Source: Pseudothermotoga sp.
GTDB taxonomy: Bacteria > Thermotogota > Thermotogae > Thermotogales > DSM-5069
Length of the DNA: 64,000 nucleotides
Assembly: GCA_031962025.1 (NCBI GenBank)
Contig: JAVRKW010000003.1
Direction: 5' to 3' (one strand)
A program made the position numbers and the translations under genes. The notes below the pieces were generated by a model that was not told the DNA's origin, did not search any database, and saw nothing but the letters and a program-made list of their open reading frames with translations. Shown here one piece after another: positions 9,053-18,335 of this stretch; within the stretch, counting starts at the first letter, position 1; every line of letters begins with the position of its first letter.

Positions 9053-9628
9053 GTGAAAAAAATGATGTTGATCTTTTTGCTTTTACTTTTTTCAACGCTC
9101 ATGATTGGAGAAGTTTATTTTTGGTTTGATTCATCTTTCGGCTTTTCCACATACGGTGAACTTTATGCCAATGGTAGAAGATCTCTGAAGGCTTTAACAG
9201 ACTATGGAGCACAGATCGGGTTTGAGTATGGACTTTTGAGAGGTTTGAGAATGGGTGTGAGTTTTGGGTTTTTAAGCATGAGTGTTGCAACAGACCTTGG
9301 TTCTGTTAACTCGAATTTGATCTGCGCTGGATTGCCCTTGAGTTTTACTTTTGATTTTCTCGATGTTGTCTGTCAGATAAGTGGTGGCTTTCTGTTCGTC
9401 CTTGCCGGTCCTACGGGTAGCCTGTCGGGCTTTGGCATGCCAGGAACGAGCAATTTTCAAGGTTTGATATACACCGCAAAAGCTGATTTTCTATGGGAGC
9501 TGAGCGATCAGTTTTCAGTGGGGATCGGAGCTGGTGTCAGGTTTCATGATCTGAATATCCCTACCAGAGATGTTTCTCTCAGATCTCTGAGCATACCGAT
9601 TTCTTTGAAGATAAGCTACAGATTTTAA
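9053..9628 (+). CDS. Secreted hypothetical protein, probable small outer-membrane beta-barrel
   Basis: Signal peptide, amphipathic Gly/aromatic-rich strands, C-terminal LKISYRF. Confidence 0.6.
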   Translation: MKKMMLIFLLLLFSTLMIGEVYFWFDSSFGFSTYGELYANGRRSLKALTDYGAQIGFEYGLLRGLRMGVSFGFLSMSVATDLGSVNSNLICAGLPLSFTFDFLDVVCQISGGFLFVLAGPTGSLSGFGMPGTSNFQGLIYTAKADFLWELSDQFSVGIGAGVRFHDLNIPTRDVSLRSLSIPISLKISYRF

Positions 9629-9649
9629 ACGCAGCCAGAAGGCTGCGTT
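9628..9649. terminator. Hairpin between convergent genes
   Basis: AACGCAGCC-AGAA-GGCTGCGTT. Confidence 0.6.
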
Positions 9650-10530
9650 CAATCACGGAATCGACCTATTTTGAGGATCTTTGCTATATTTGCGTCCGGA
9701 TTTATAAGCGGTTTTAATCTTGGCTGGGCGCAGGTCATCACAGTTGTTACTCCTGGACCGTGTCCGGCGTATTTGCAATCACTGTGTATCACCACGCCTA
9801 TTGTGGCTGCTCCTTTTCTATAACATCTTCCAAATGCGTTGTCATGATCCTGTATGTAAACTATATCTCCGAATCTCAATTTGTCCAACCCGTATTCTTT
9901 GAGAGTTTTCTCGTCAGCGGTCATTATATCGTAATCTCCTGTGCCCATACTGGTGGATCCTATACCAGATCCCATCAAAAAAGATGGGACAACTGCAACA
10001 ACAGGTACATGAAGTTGATTGTCTTTTTCGACTATTCCCATTTTTTCAAGTAGGTTCGGATCGATGTTGTACACAAAGACATCTGGATAGTCAAGGAGCT
10101 TCAAACCCTGTCCAAAACCTTTGATCAATATCTTGTCGTCCAGTGTGAGTTTTTCGAGTACTTCGTCTGGAAAATCGATCAAGACATGCTCAGCCCCACC
10201 GTGATGACCTGTGACAACACCCTTTGCACCCTTTGCATCTCCGGTGACGACTTTCGCTTCGTTTCCAATACACGCGTAGAAATTGTAACCTCTGTTTGGT
10301 CCTGAATCTCTTTTTTCCTGGTCAAGGATTGTAGAAACTCCCGGCTCAACATGATCCACTTCCCAGCCAAAGGCACAGTCTCCAACTTTCACGTTGTAAG
10401 TTATTCCCCCAGTTCCGGGTAGCATGAAAGGTTTTCCGTCGTGTGAAACAGAATGCCTTCCAGAGTGTTCCGGTTTGACAATTGTGCCCTGCACAGAAAT
10501 CATGACCAGTCTGTCTTTGTTTGTTCTCAT
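9649..10530 (-). CDS. DUF4438 family protein
   Basis: MRTNKDRLV, LPGTGGITYNVKVGD, DHVEPGVS, GHHGGAEHV, GHGPGVT. Confidence 0.8.
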   Translation of the reverse strand: MRTNKDRLVMISVQGTIVKPEHSGRHSVSHDGKPFMLPGTGGITYNVKVGDCAFGWEVDHVEPGVSTILDQEKRDSGPNRGYNFYACIGNEAKVVTGDAKGAKGVVTGHHGGAEHVLIDFPDEVLEKLTLDDKILIKGFGQGLKLLDYPDVFVYNIDPNLLEKMGIVEKDNQLHVPVVAVVPSFLMGSGIGSTSMGTGDYDIMTADEKTLKEYGLDKLRFGDIVYIQDHDNAFGRCYRKGAATIGVVIHSDCKYAGHGPGVTTVMTCAQPRLKPLINPDANIAKILKIGRFRD

Positions 10531-10612
10531 AAAAACACCTCCATGATATATCCTATCAGATTCGTTCGAAAAACGAATTTTGATATCATTTTTTCACAGG
10601 AGGCATCTGTGA

Positions 10613-11269
10613 GTGGACGTACAGAGTTTTTTGTTGAAGATCTACAAAATTTTTTATGAGAGTTATGGACCGCAGGGCTGGTGGCCCGCAGAAAGCTGGT
10701 TTGAGGTAGTCGTTGGAGCTGTTTTGACGCAGAATACTTCCTGGAAAAATGTAGAAAAGGCGATATTGAACCTGAAACACAACGGATTACTGGATCCTGA
10801 AAAATTGTATGCACTTTCGGATCAAGAACTCACAGTATTAATAAAACCTGCCGGTTTTTACAACATAAAGGCTCAAAGGTTGAAAAACCTGATGAATCTT
10901 TTGAAAGAATACGATTTTGAGTTTGAAAGGCTTTTGAAAAATATCTCAAGAGAGAAACTCTTATCTGTAAAAGGCATAGGGAAAGAGACTGCTGATTCGA
11001 TATTGTTGTACGCTTTCAACATACCAGTTTTCGTTGTGGACAATTACACAAAGCGCATCTTTCACAGATTGGGAGTTGTCTCTGAAAAAGACGACTATGA
11101 CAGCATTCAAAAACTCTTTCATCTGATTCCATCGGATGTCAAGATCTATCAGGAATATCACGCTCTGATCGTGAAACATGCAAAAGATATCTGCACCAAG
11201 AACAAGCCATTATGTGAGCGCTGTGCAGTTGAAAATTACTGCAAATACGGCGATGAGATTTTGGAATGA
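10613..11269 (+). CDS. Endonuclease III-like HhH-GPD DNA glycosylase with Fe-S motif
   Basis: GAVLTQNTSWKNV, LLSVKGIGKETADSILLY, VVDNYTKR, C-x7-C-x2-C-x5-C at the C-terminus. Confidence 0.9.
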   Translation: MDVQSFLLKIYKIFYESYGPQGWWPAESWFEVVVGAVLTQNTSWKNVEKAILNLKHNGLLDPEKLYALSDQELTVLIKPAGFYNIKAQRLKNLMNLLKEYDFEFERLLKNISREKLLSVKGIGKETADSILLYAFNIPVFVVDNYTKRIFHRLGVVSEKDDYDSIQKLFHLIPSDVKIYQEYHALIVKHAKDICTKNKPLCERCAVENYCKYGDEILE

Positions 11270-11272
11270 TAC

Positions 11273-11301
11273 TTGCGAATTCTTCTCATTTATGGTATAA
11301 A
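11273..11301 (+). promoter_or_regulatory. sigma70 promoter for tRNA-Ser/rimP-nusA
   Basis: TTGCGA-17 nt-TATAAA with extended TG. Confidence 0.6.
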
Positions 11302-11324
11302 TATTTTGCAGGTATTTAGATTCA

Positions 11325-11415
11325 GGAGAGGTGGCCGAGCGGTCTAAGGCGCACGCCTGGAGAGCGTGTGGTGGGCAAAACCCACCCGTGGGTTCAAATC
11401 CCACCCTCTCCGCCA
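11325..11415 (+). tRNA. tRNA-Ser (GGA)
   Basis: GGAGAGG/CCTCTCC acceptor stem, anticodon loop CTGGAGA, long variable arm, GGTTCAAATCC, encoded CCA. Confidence 0.97.
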
Positions 11416-11419
11416 AAGT

Positions 11420-11443
11420 ACCGGGACAGATGTCCCGGTTTTT
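11420..11443 (+). terminator. Rho-independent terminator-like hairpin after tRNA-Ser
   Basis: ACCGGGACA-GA-TGTCCCGGT followed by TTTT. Confidence 0.65.
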
Positions 11444-11460
11444 CAGTAGAGGTGATCTGT

Positions 11461-11907
11461 ATGCAAGAGGTCATTGAAAAACTCAGACCTGTTGTCGTTG
11501 ACATACTCAAAAATTTGGGACTCGATTTATTCGATCTTTCTTTTAAACGCCAGCATGGCAACTGGGTTTTGAGAGTTGTGATCGATGATCCAAGTGGATA
11601 TGTGAGTATCAGGCAGTGTGAGAAGGTCTCCGATGAACTTGGTCGATACCTTGATCTGAACGATCTCATCGGGTTCAGCTATGTTCTTGAGGTATCTTCT
11701 CCGGGACTTGACAGACCAATGAGAGGTGTTCAGGACTATAAGAGATTTGTTAAAAGACTTGCCAAGTTCTGGCTTAAAGATGGAAGGTTCGTAATGGGAC
11801 ATATAGAGTATGCAGATGAGACCAAGGTCGTCATAAAAACAGAATCAGGAACGGTGGATTTTTCACCAGAACAGGTTAGCAAAAGTAAACTCGAGGTTGA
11901 ATTTTAA
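11461..11907 (+). CDS. rimP: Ribosome maturation factor RimP
   Basis: YVLEVSSPGLDRP. SD GAGGTG before ATG 11461; upstream of nusA. Confidence 0.93.
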   Translation: MQEVIEKLRPVVVDILKNLGLDLFDLSFKRQHGNWVLRVVIDDPSGYVSIRQCEKVSDELGRYLDLNDLIGFSYVLEVSSPGLDRPMRGVQDYKRFVKRLAKFWLKDGRFVMGHIEYADETKVVIKTESGTVDFSPEQVSKSKLEVEF

Positions 11908-11921
11908 GGAGGTGGATTCAC

Positions 11922-12956
11922 ATGAACCTTGCGCTTTTGGACGCGCTTGATGAAATCGAACAAGAAAAGGGTATATCGAAAGAGGAGATAATACAAATCC
12001 TTGAGAGAGCACTTGTGAGCGCCTATAAAAAGAATTTCGGCACGGCAAAGAATGTCGATGTGAAAATAGACCGTATGACCGGTGATGTACAGCTTTTTCA
12101 GGTCTTTGATGTGGTGGAAAATGTTCAGGATCAGTTGACACAGATGAGTCTTGAGGAAGCCAGAAAGATCGATCCACTGGCTGAAATCGGTAAAAAGGTC
12201 TACAAAAAGATGGTCGCGAAGAACTTTGGCAGGATAGCGGCACAAACCGCCAAGCAGGTGCTGATACAGAGAATAAGGGAGCTTGAAAAGGAAAGACAGT
12301 ACGAGCATTACTCCAATCTCGCCGGTAGTGTCATCACAGCAGAGGTTATAAGGGTCACTCCTGACTGGGCAGATGTGAGAATTGGAAAAATAGAAACCAG
12401 ATTACCAAAAAAAGAATGGATAGACAATGAGCATATAAAACCTGGTGATTTGATAAAAGTTTACGTTAAAGATGTTCAGAAGGACAAAAAGGGACCAAAA
12501 ATCATCGTGAGCAGGGCAGCACCGGAATTTGTTGCAGGTTTGTTAAAACTTGAGGTTCCAGAGGTTGAAAATGGTATAGTACAGATTAAGGCAATCGCAA
12601 GAGAACCTGGGGTTAGAACCAAGATAGCGGTTGTTTCTACTAACCCTCAGGTTGATCCGGTCGGCGCATGTATTGGTGAAGGAGGAAGTCGCATAGCTGC
12701 AATACTCAAAGAATTGAAAGGAGAAAAAGTCGATATCTTCAAATGGTCTGAAGATCCAAGACAGTTGATTGCCAACGCACTTGCACCTGCTTCTGCCACA
12801 AACGTTGAAATACTGGACTTTGAGAAAAAAGCCGCCCGTGTTCTGGTGCCGCCGACCCAGCTTTCACTCGCAATAGGTAAAGGTGGTCAGAATGCCAGAC
12901 TCGCCGCAAAGTTGACTGGCTGGAAGATAGATATAAAACCGGTAATGAACCTGTGA
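11922..12956 (+). CDS. nusA: Transcription termination/antitermination factor NusA
   Basis: FGRIAAQTAKQV, AREPGVRTKIAV, SLAIGKGGQNARLA. Confidence 0.97.
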   Translation: MNLALLDALDEIEQEKGISKEEIIQILERALVSAYKKNFGTAKNVDVKIDRMTGDVQLFQVFDVVENVQDQLTQMSLEEARKIDPLAEIGKKVYKKMVAKNFGRIAAQTAKQVLIQRIRELEKERQYEHYSNLAGSVITAEVIRVTPDWADVRIGKIETRLPKKEWIDNEHIKPGDLIKVYVKDVQKDKKGPKIIVSRAAPEFVAGLLKLEVPEVENGIVQIKAIAREPGVRTKIAVVSTNPQVDPVGACIGEGGSRIAAILKELKGEKVDIFKWSEDPRQLIANALAPASATNVEILDFEKKAARVLVPPTQLSLAIGKGGQNARLAAKLTGWKIDIKPVMNL

Positions 12957-12963
12957 GAGGAGG

Positions 12964-13431
12964 ATGGACGTGATCTACGAATCTTTGAGAAAAGAGCTCA
13001 GATCAAAAAAGTATAGAATGACCGCCCAGAGAGAGATTGTTCTGAAGGTCTTTGCTGAGTCGGGAGAAAAACACCTTGGAGCTGAAGACGTGTACAGAAG
13101 ATTGATTGAAAAAAGGTACAGAATCAGCAAAGCAACAGTTTACAGAACCGTGGAATTGCTTTCAAAACTCGGTTTTCTCAGAAGATTGGAGTTTGGTGAA
13201 GGCGTTTACAGGTATGAATTGGCAACTTTTGATTCAGAAACACTCCATCAGCATGTAATTTGCAGAACATGTGGAGAGATCATAGAAATAGACGAAAAAA
13301 CGGTGAAAGATCTGGTCAAGAGCGTTGAGGCAAAAACAGGCTATCTGATAAATGATTACGATATAAAGTTCTACGGTTTGTGCCCAAAATGCCAGAATAG
13401 AAAAAGCGCCAGTGCACAGAACAGGACATAG
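12964..13431 (+). CDS. fur: Fur-family transcriptional regulator
   Basis: MTAQREIVL, HLGAEDVY, ISKATVYRT, HQHVICRTCG, CPKC. Confidence 0.9.
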   Translation: MDVIYESLRKELRSKKYRMTAQREIVLKVFAESGEKHLGAEDVYRRLIEKRYRISKATVYRTVELLSKLGFLRRLEFGEGVYRYELATFDSETLHQHVICRTCGEIIEIDEKTVKDLVKSVEAKTGYLINDYDIKFYGLCPKCQNRKSASAQNRT

Positions 13432-14657
13432 CCAGTTAGTCCAAGTGATAGGTTTGGAAAAATCGAGGAAAACTCGACCAATTTTCGAAGAAGATATATA
13501 AAAGGCGTTGCGCCCAGCAATAATGTCTGAGCCAGTTTTTGCAGGCTGATTGTTTTCATAATACTTGAAAGAAAACCAATCCAGATAGCCGGTGTAACTA
13601 AAAATGTTGCCGGAAAACTGATAAAAACAGTCAAAGGATTCAGGGATGAAAAGATGCTCAAAAAAGGCGCAACGCCGATAAACGCAGCGGTTGATACAGC
13701 AAGATTTTTCATCACAAAGCCGTATTTTTTAATCTTTTCCTGGACAAGTAATATTGCACCAGTCGCAGAATAACTCATCAAAAACGATGAAGATAAGATC
13801 GAGTAAGGTTCGATCAAAAGATTCACCGTACCGACCAGTCCAAGAACGTTGAGAGACTCCACAGGATAATCGGCGATCTTGAAAAAATTCCATACCAGCA
13901 GCATCATCGCTGCTCTAAAAGCCGATGCAGTTGGACCTGTACTGAGTGCAAATAGTAATGCGATCAAACAACTGATCGATCTTCTGAAGAAAAATCTATA
14001 AGTGAAAAAACTCACTATAATATCTGAAAGAGCATAGATAATTCCAACGTGAAGCCCGGAAACGGCAAACAAATGAGCTAAACCGCTCTGCCTCAGTTGC
14101 AGAGATTCATTTGCGTCAAACTCACCTTCGCTGAACAACAGTCCATTCATGATCCTTCCAAGGTCACCTAAGGTATTCTGGATAAACTCTTTGTTCTGCT
14201 CTTTCAATTTCTGTAAGATCACAAGTAGCCGTGAAAATCCCCTTGCAGATTGGGTAAGACCTGCACAGAAGATAGGCTCAAAAGTATAATGTGGATATGA
14301 AAAAGAACTGTATATCTTACCAAAGGCGTATATCTGTTCACCGGCTTTGAGATCTTTTGTTTTGACCTTTATCTGGTGGTTCAGGTTTTTCCATTTATTG
14401 TTCATAAAAATTTTCGCATTGGTCACTATGACGTGATTGGGATTTTTCACACTGACAAACCCAACGATCTCTGCCTGTTCTGGTCCAATGCTGGGTAGGG
14501 CAATTAAAAATCCCAAGATGATACAGATTGCGTAGACCTTAATGGCAGTTCCTTTGAAAAAGAAAAGCACGCTGATAAATGGCATAATTAAAAAGACCGG
14601 GGAAAGCAAAACCCCAGTCGATATTCCCAAAAACGAGATCAGCCAGAAATAACTCAT
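13371..14657 (-). CDS. comEC: ComEC/Rec2 competence protein (no C-terminal MBL domain)
   Basis: GLAHLFAVSGLHVG, SAFRAAMM, multiple TM segments. Confidence 0.85.
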   Translation of the reverse strand: MSYFWLISFLGISTGVLLSPVFLIMPFISVLFFFKGTAIKVYAICIILGFLIALPSIGPEQAEIVGFVSVKNPNHVIVTNAKIFMNNKWKNLNHQIKVKTKDLKAGEQIYAFGKIYSSFSYPHYTFEPIFCAGLTQSARGFSRLLVILQKLKEQNKEFIQNTLGDLGRIMNGLLFSEGEFDANESLQLRQSGLAHLFAVSGLHVGIIYALSDIIVSFFTYRFFFRRSISCLIALLFALSTGPTASAFRAAMMLLVWNFFKIADYPVESLNVLGLVGTVNLLIEPYSILSSSFLMSYSATGAILLVQEKIKKYGFVMKNLAVSTAAFIGVAPFLSIFSSLNPLTVFISFPATFLVTPAIWIGFLSSIMKTISLQKLAQTLLLGATPFIYLLRKLVEFSSIFPNLSLGLTGYVLFCALALFLFWHFGHKP

Positions 14658-15862
14658 GCACCAAATTTTTCAAGTCTCAAAGCGTGTGCAAGCATCAAAG
14701 ACATCGCATCCACGGCGTACATGGTTCCCAAACTACCTTTTGCACATTCAAATTCGTCAAAGGATTTACTCAGACCTCTTCTGGTATATGCTGACCAGAT
14801 CATGAAAGGCACAGGATGCCAGCTATGAGATTTCAAAATTGCAGGTGTCGAGTGATCACCCGTTACCACCAGAACATCTGGTTTGAACGCGAGTATTTGC
14901 GGGATCAACCTGTCGACATCTTCGATAACATGAACCTTTGCGTCAAAATCTCCATCTTCTCCATAAGAATCGGTTTTCTTGACGTGAAAGTAGAAAAAGT
15001 CATATCTGTCCCAGACTCCTTTGAGCGTGTTTATTTCATCCTCGATTGTACTACCGGTATCAATCACATCCATACCGATGAGTCTGGCTATACCTTTGTA
15101 CATTGGATAGGTTGCTATTGCGCATGCCTTCAATTTGTATACCTGTGGGAATTGAGGAAGTTTTGGATATTTTGAAAAACCCCTGATCAGGGCAAAGTTC
15201 ATCTTTGGTTCATCAGATAGGACCTTACCGATCTGCTTCATGAGTTCGTTAACCACTTCTGAAGTCTTTTTTGCCTGATCAGATAACGGCTGGGTGAAAA
15301 CGATCGGCTTGCCTTCTTTCTGTGGATCGGCATCAGTCAATCTGTCATCGAGTCCTTCGCCTGTCAGTTTTACCACAAAGCGGTGTTCTTTCCCCGGATA
15401 AAAGGTTATCTTCACATCTTTTATATCCTTGATTAACCTGGAGAGCTTTTCCACCACCTTTGAACTCTCATCTGTGGAAGGTCTACCGGCTCTTCTGTCA
15501 ACCACGATGCCATCTTTGACGGTCGCAAAGTTGGCTCTTGCGACTACGTCTTTTTCATCTACGGGTACATTCGAACCGAGTGCTTCTAAGATACCTCTGC
15601 CTATCTGATACTTCACAGGGTCATATCCAAACAGTGCCAGATGTCCTGGACCGCTGCCGGGTGTGATACCGGGCAAAACGGGTATCGTCTGACCAAGGTC
15701 AGATTCCATTGCCAGTCTGTCCAGATTTGGAGTTTTTGCCACTTGTAATGGTGTTTTGCCATCTTTTGGTAGATCTCCAATTCCATCCATTACCAGAAGA
15801 ACGATTTTGGTTTGTGATGGCTGAACGACTTCACCGAGTAGTTGCTGTCTGTCGTAATTCAT
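14654..15862 (-). CDS. apgM: 2,3-bisphosphoglycerate-independent phosphoglycerate mutase (archaeal type)
   Basis: LVMDGIGD, TPGSGPGHLALFGYDP, VTGDHSTP, HSWHPVP. SD GGAGGTG before ATG 15862. Confidence 0.92.
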   Translation of the reverse strand: MNYDRQQLLGEVVQPSQTKIVLLVMDGIGDLPKDGKTPLQVAKTPNLDRLAMESDLGQTIPVLPGITPGSGPGHLALFGYDPVKYQIGRGILEALGSNVPVDEKDVVARANFATVKDGIVVDRRAGRPSTDESSKVVEKLSRLIKDIKDVKITFYPGKEHRFVVKLTGEGLDDRLTDADPQKEGKPIVFTQPLSDQAKKTSEVVNELMKQIGKVLSDEPKMNFALIRGFSKYPKLPQFPQVYKLKACAIATYPMYKGIARLIGMDVIDTGSTIEDEINTLKGVWDRYDFFYFHVKKTDSYGEDGDFDAKVHVIEDVDRLIPQILAFKPDVLVVTGDHSTPAILKSHSWHPVPFMIWSAYTRRGLSKSFDEFECAKGSLGTMYAVDAMSLMLAHALRLEKFGA

Positions 15863-15866
15863 CAGA

Positions 15867-17495
15867 TCACCTCCACTGTGCTCTAAAAGTTGAATATATA
15901 TCTTCAAAGAGTTTGTTTTTCATGGGCTCGTTGATTTCTATGGATAGAGCCTTTAAAAGTTCAATGAAGAAATCACTCCCTCTTTGTACTTCAAAGTTCA
16001 AGTCTTCAAAAGAAAAACTTTCATCTTCGAGTTTGGAGACTTTTTTTGCAAAATGCCAGTGATATTCTTGAAGATCAGGCACAACATCGTTTACGAAATT
16101 GGAAAGGTCAAATCCGTTGTTCAATTTCACGTGGAACAAAAGTCTTGTCAATCCGATTGCGACAGCGAGCATCACACCACTTCCATAAATTGCGACCGCC
16201 GCTTTTGTGGCATTTTTTTCCATTTCAAACGGATCGCTTGAGCTTGCCAGAATAACTGCTAAAATCGTGTCAAGCCATTTTACAGTATCTGTATCGGTAT
16301 CCTGTGATGGGAAGAACCCTTCTTTTAGCATCTGGGTTCTATCTGAATCTTCAACTGTATGAGCCAGCTTTTGTACATCCAGTTTTAATCCGTTCATGCA
16401 TGATTTTACTGTTTTTACTTTCTGATTCATACAATCAGGGATGGCAATAGAACCATCCCATTCATTCATAAAGAAGATCAGTTCGTCCATCTTTTCTCTG
16501 TAGTCTTTTGACAGATCGTTGAGCAGAGAATAGGCTTCTTTTTTGTCAACGAAAAAAGTCAAAAGTACTTGATTGTACAAGATCATCTGATCATCACTGA
16601 TCTGCCTTGCTCTGTCTATAATCTGCTTTGCCTGCTCATAAAAACCAAGACGTCTCAGTGTGAGCGCATATTCGTTTAAAAGTGAAATATTTTCCGGCTG
16701 GCTTTCAGTCAGTTGTTTGAGTATGTTCATGGCTTCAAAATGCTTACCCAGCCTGGAAAGTGAGTGCGACAGGTTGTATGCGCTGGCAAAGTCGTTTTTA
16801 TCGAGCTCCAAAGCTTTTTTCAGGACTTTCTCGGCGTATTCATATCTTTGGAGTATGTTACAAGCCACACCGAGTCTTGAGTAAGCCTGAGAGAACTCAG
16901 GATCGATCTGGATTAAAGTCTGGTAAAAGTCACAGGCCTGTCTCACATCACCCAGTTCCATGTAACAATCTCCAATTCTCAAAAGTGGAAGCAAAAAATT
17001 CTTATCCAGTTCAAAGGCTTTTTGATATTCTAAAATAGCATCTTCTAGTTCCTTTTTTGTTCTGAGAATATTCCCAAGTTCATAATGTCCCAGTGCGAAA
17101 TTTTCGTTTTTTGATACGCTGGACTTAAGAAAGATCTCTGCCAGTTCGTAATTTTTCAATTTCGATGCAATTAACCCTTTGAAAAAATCATATCTGTAGT
17201 CCTTGTCAAAATTTCCAGCCTTCTCCAACCAGTCTTCAGCAGATTTCAAATCTTCATCGTTGAGCGCAGCTTTCACTTTCTCGTAATAGAAGTACACAAG
17301 GTATGACCCATAGTATGGGTCTTTTGACAACTTGTACTGGGCTTCAAGACCGCGAATGACAATGTCAATTGGTATCTGGTTTTCATCGACTATTTTCGGG
17401 AAATCCTCGACCAGTACGGGAAGTTTTACCGGAAGATTTAATCTTTTAGCCTTATTTGGATCAAGTGGTAGATAAACGATCGCCTTGATCTTCAT
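15867..17495 (-). CDS. Tetratricopeptide repeat protein
   Basis: Several TPR units (GHYELGNILR...AILEYQKAFELDKN; AYSRLGVAC...). SD GGAGG before ATG 17495. Confidence 0.85.
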   Translation of the reverse strand: MKIKAIVYLPLDPNKAKRLNLPVKLPVLVEDFPKIVDENQIPIDIVIRGLEAQYKLSKDPYYGSYLVYFYYEKVKAALNDEDLKSAEDWLEKAGNFDKDYRYDFFKGLIASKLKNYELAEIFLKSSVSKNENFALGHYELGNILRTKKELEDAILEYQKAFELDKNFLLPLLRIGDCYMELGDVRQACDFYQTLIQIDPEFSQAYSRLGVACNILQRYEYAEKVLKKALELDKNDFASAYNLSHSLSRLGKHFEAMNILKQLTESQPENISLLNEYALTLRRLGFYEQAKQIIDRARQISDDQMILYNQVLLTFFVDKKEAYSLLNDLSKDYREKMDELIFFMNEWDGSIAIPDCMNQKVKTVKSCMNGLKLDVQKLAHTVEDSDRTQMLKEGFFPSQDTDTDTVKWLDTILAVILASSSDPFEMEKNATKAAVAIYGSGVMLAVAIGLTRLLFHVKLNNGFDLSNFVNDVVPDLQEYHWHFAKKVSKLEDESFSFEDLNFEVQRGSDFFIELLKALSIEINEPMKNKLFEDIYSTFRAQWR

Positions 17496-18255
17496 CCGCC
17501 TCCTGTGGGTATTCAAAACAGAATTTTCCAAGCTTTCCCTGAGCAATTGAATTGAACAAATTCACCATAGCTCTTTTTTTATCCGGCTGTCCTCCTTTGA
17601 TGATCATCTTTTTTTCCAGTGCGTATTCACCAAGATAGCTCTCCAGATCTGTATTTTGTATATTTGCAGCCACGGAATATATTTCAAAGGCTCTCTGCAG
17701 AACCTTTGGCGGTACCATATCTACAGATAGACTTCCAACCAGTAAAAGCTTGGCAGCCAGATCTGTGCTCCACAGATCCGGTAAGAGCAAACCCGGTGTG
17801 TCGAGTACCCTGAATTTGTCCTTAACAGAAAACCACTGTAAACCTTTTGTTATGCCTGGAACTGCTCCAACCTGAGCAGATCGACTTCCTTTCAATTTGT
17901 TTATAAAAGTCGATTTACCGACATTCGGCACTCCCACAATTATGACAAAGCCGTTTTTTTGAACATGTGCTGTTATAAATTCGACGACAGCATCTCTTGA
18001 GCAACCTTTGTTGAAAATAAAGACATGTTCATTTGATTCCTCGAAAAACTCTTTCCACTGGATCACTCCTCTTTCTAAAGCCAGATCGGATTTTGTCAGG
18101 ACTATCACGTTCTTCTTTGCTCTTATTGGATTTCGGCTGTAAGAACGAGTTGCAGCTGGAGCTCTTGCATCCAGCAGTTCTACAACCAGATCAACATCTT
18201 TCTTTATACGTTCAATGATTCTTGAAGCTTTCGCCATGTGTCCGGGGTACCACAC
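17461..18255 (-). CDS. rbgA: Ribosome biogenesis GTPase YlqF/RbgA
   Basis: WYPGHMAKA, ELLDARAP, circularly permuted G4 TKSD, G1 GVPNVGKST, G3 DTPG. Confidence 0.92.
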   Translation of the reverse strand: MWYPGHMAKASRIIERIKKDVDLVVELLDARAPAATRSYSRNPIRAKKNVIVLTKSDLALERGVIQWKEFFEESNEHVFIFNKGCSRDAVVEFITAHVQKNGFVIIVGVPNVGKSTFINKLKGSRSAQVGAVPGITKGLQWFSVKDKFRVLDTPGLLLPDLWSTDLAAKLLLVGSLSVDMVPPKVLQRAFEIYSVAANIQNTDLESYLGEYALEKKMIIKGGQPDKKRAMVNLFNSIAQGKLGKFCFEYPQEADEDQGDRLSTT

Positions 18256-18335
18256 AAAAAAACCTCCTTTAAGATTGTATACCAATGTGCGTTTTTCTAT
18301 ACTCAGATGATAAAATTAAAACGGAGGGGTCTTGT

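Noticed and set aside
11325..11460. Integration at tRNA-Ser (likewise tRNA-Asp at 63537)
   Set aside because: No duplicated tRNA 3' end or integrase is visible; flanking genes look like core genes.
11368..11460. N-terminal extension of rimP, and ORF 11210-11416 on the minus strand
   Set aside because: Both overlap tRNA-Ser; the SD supports ATG 11461.
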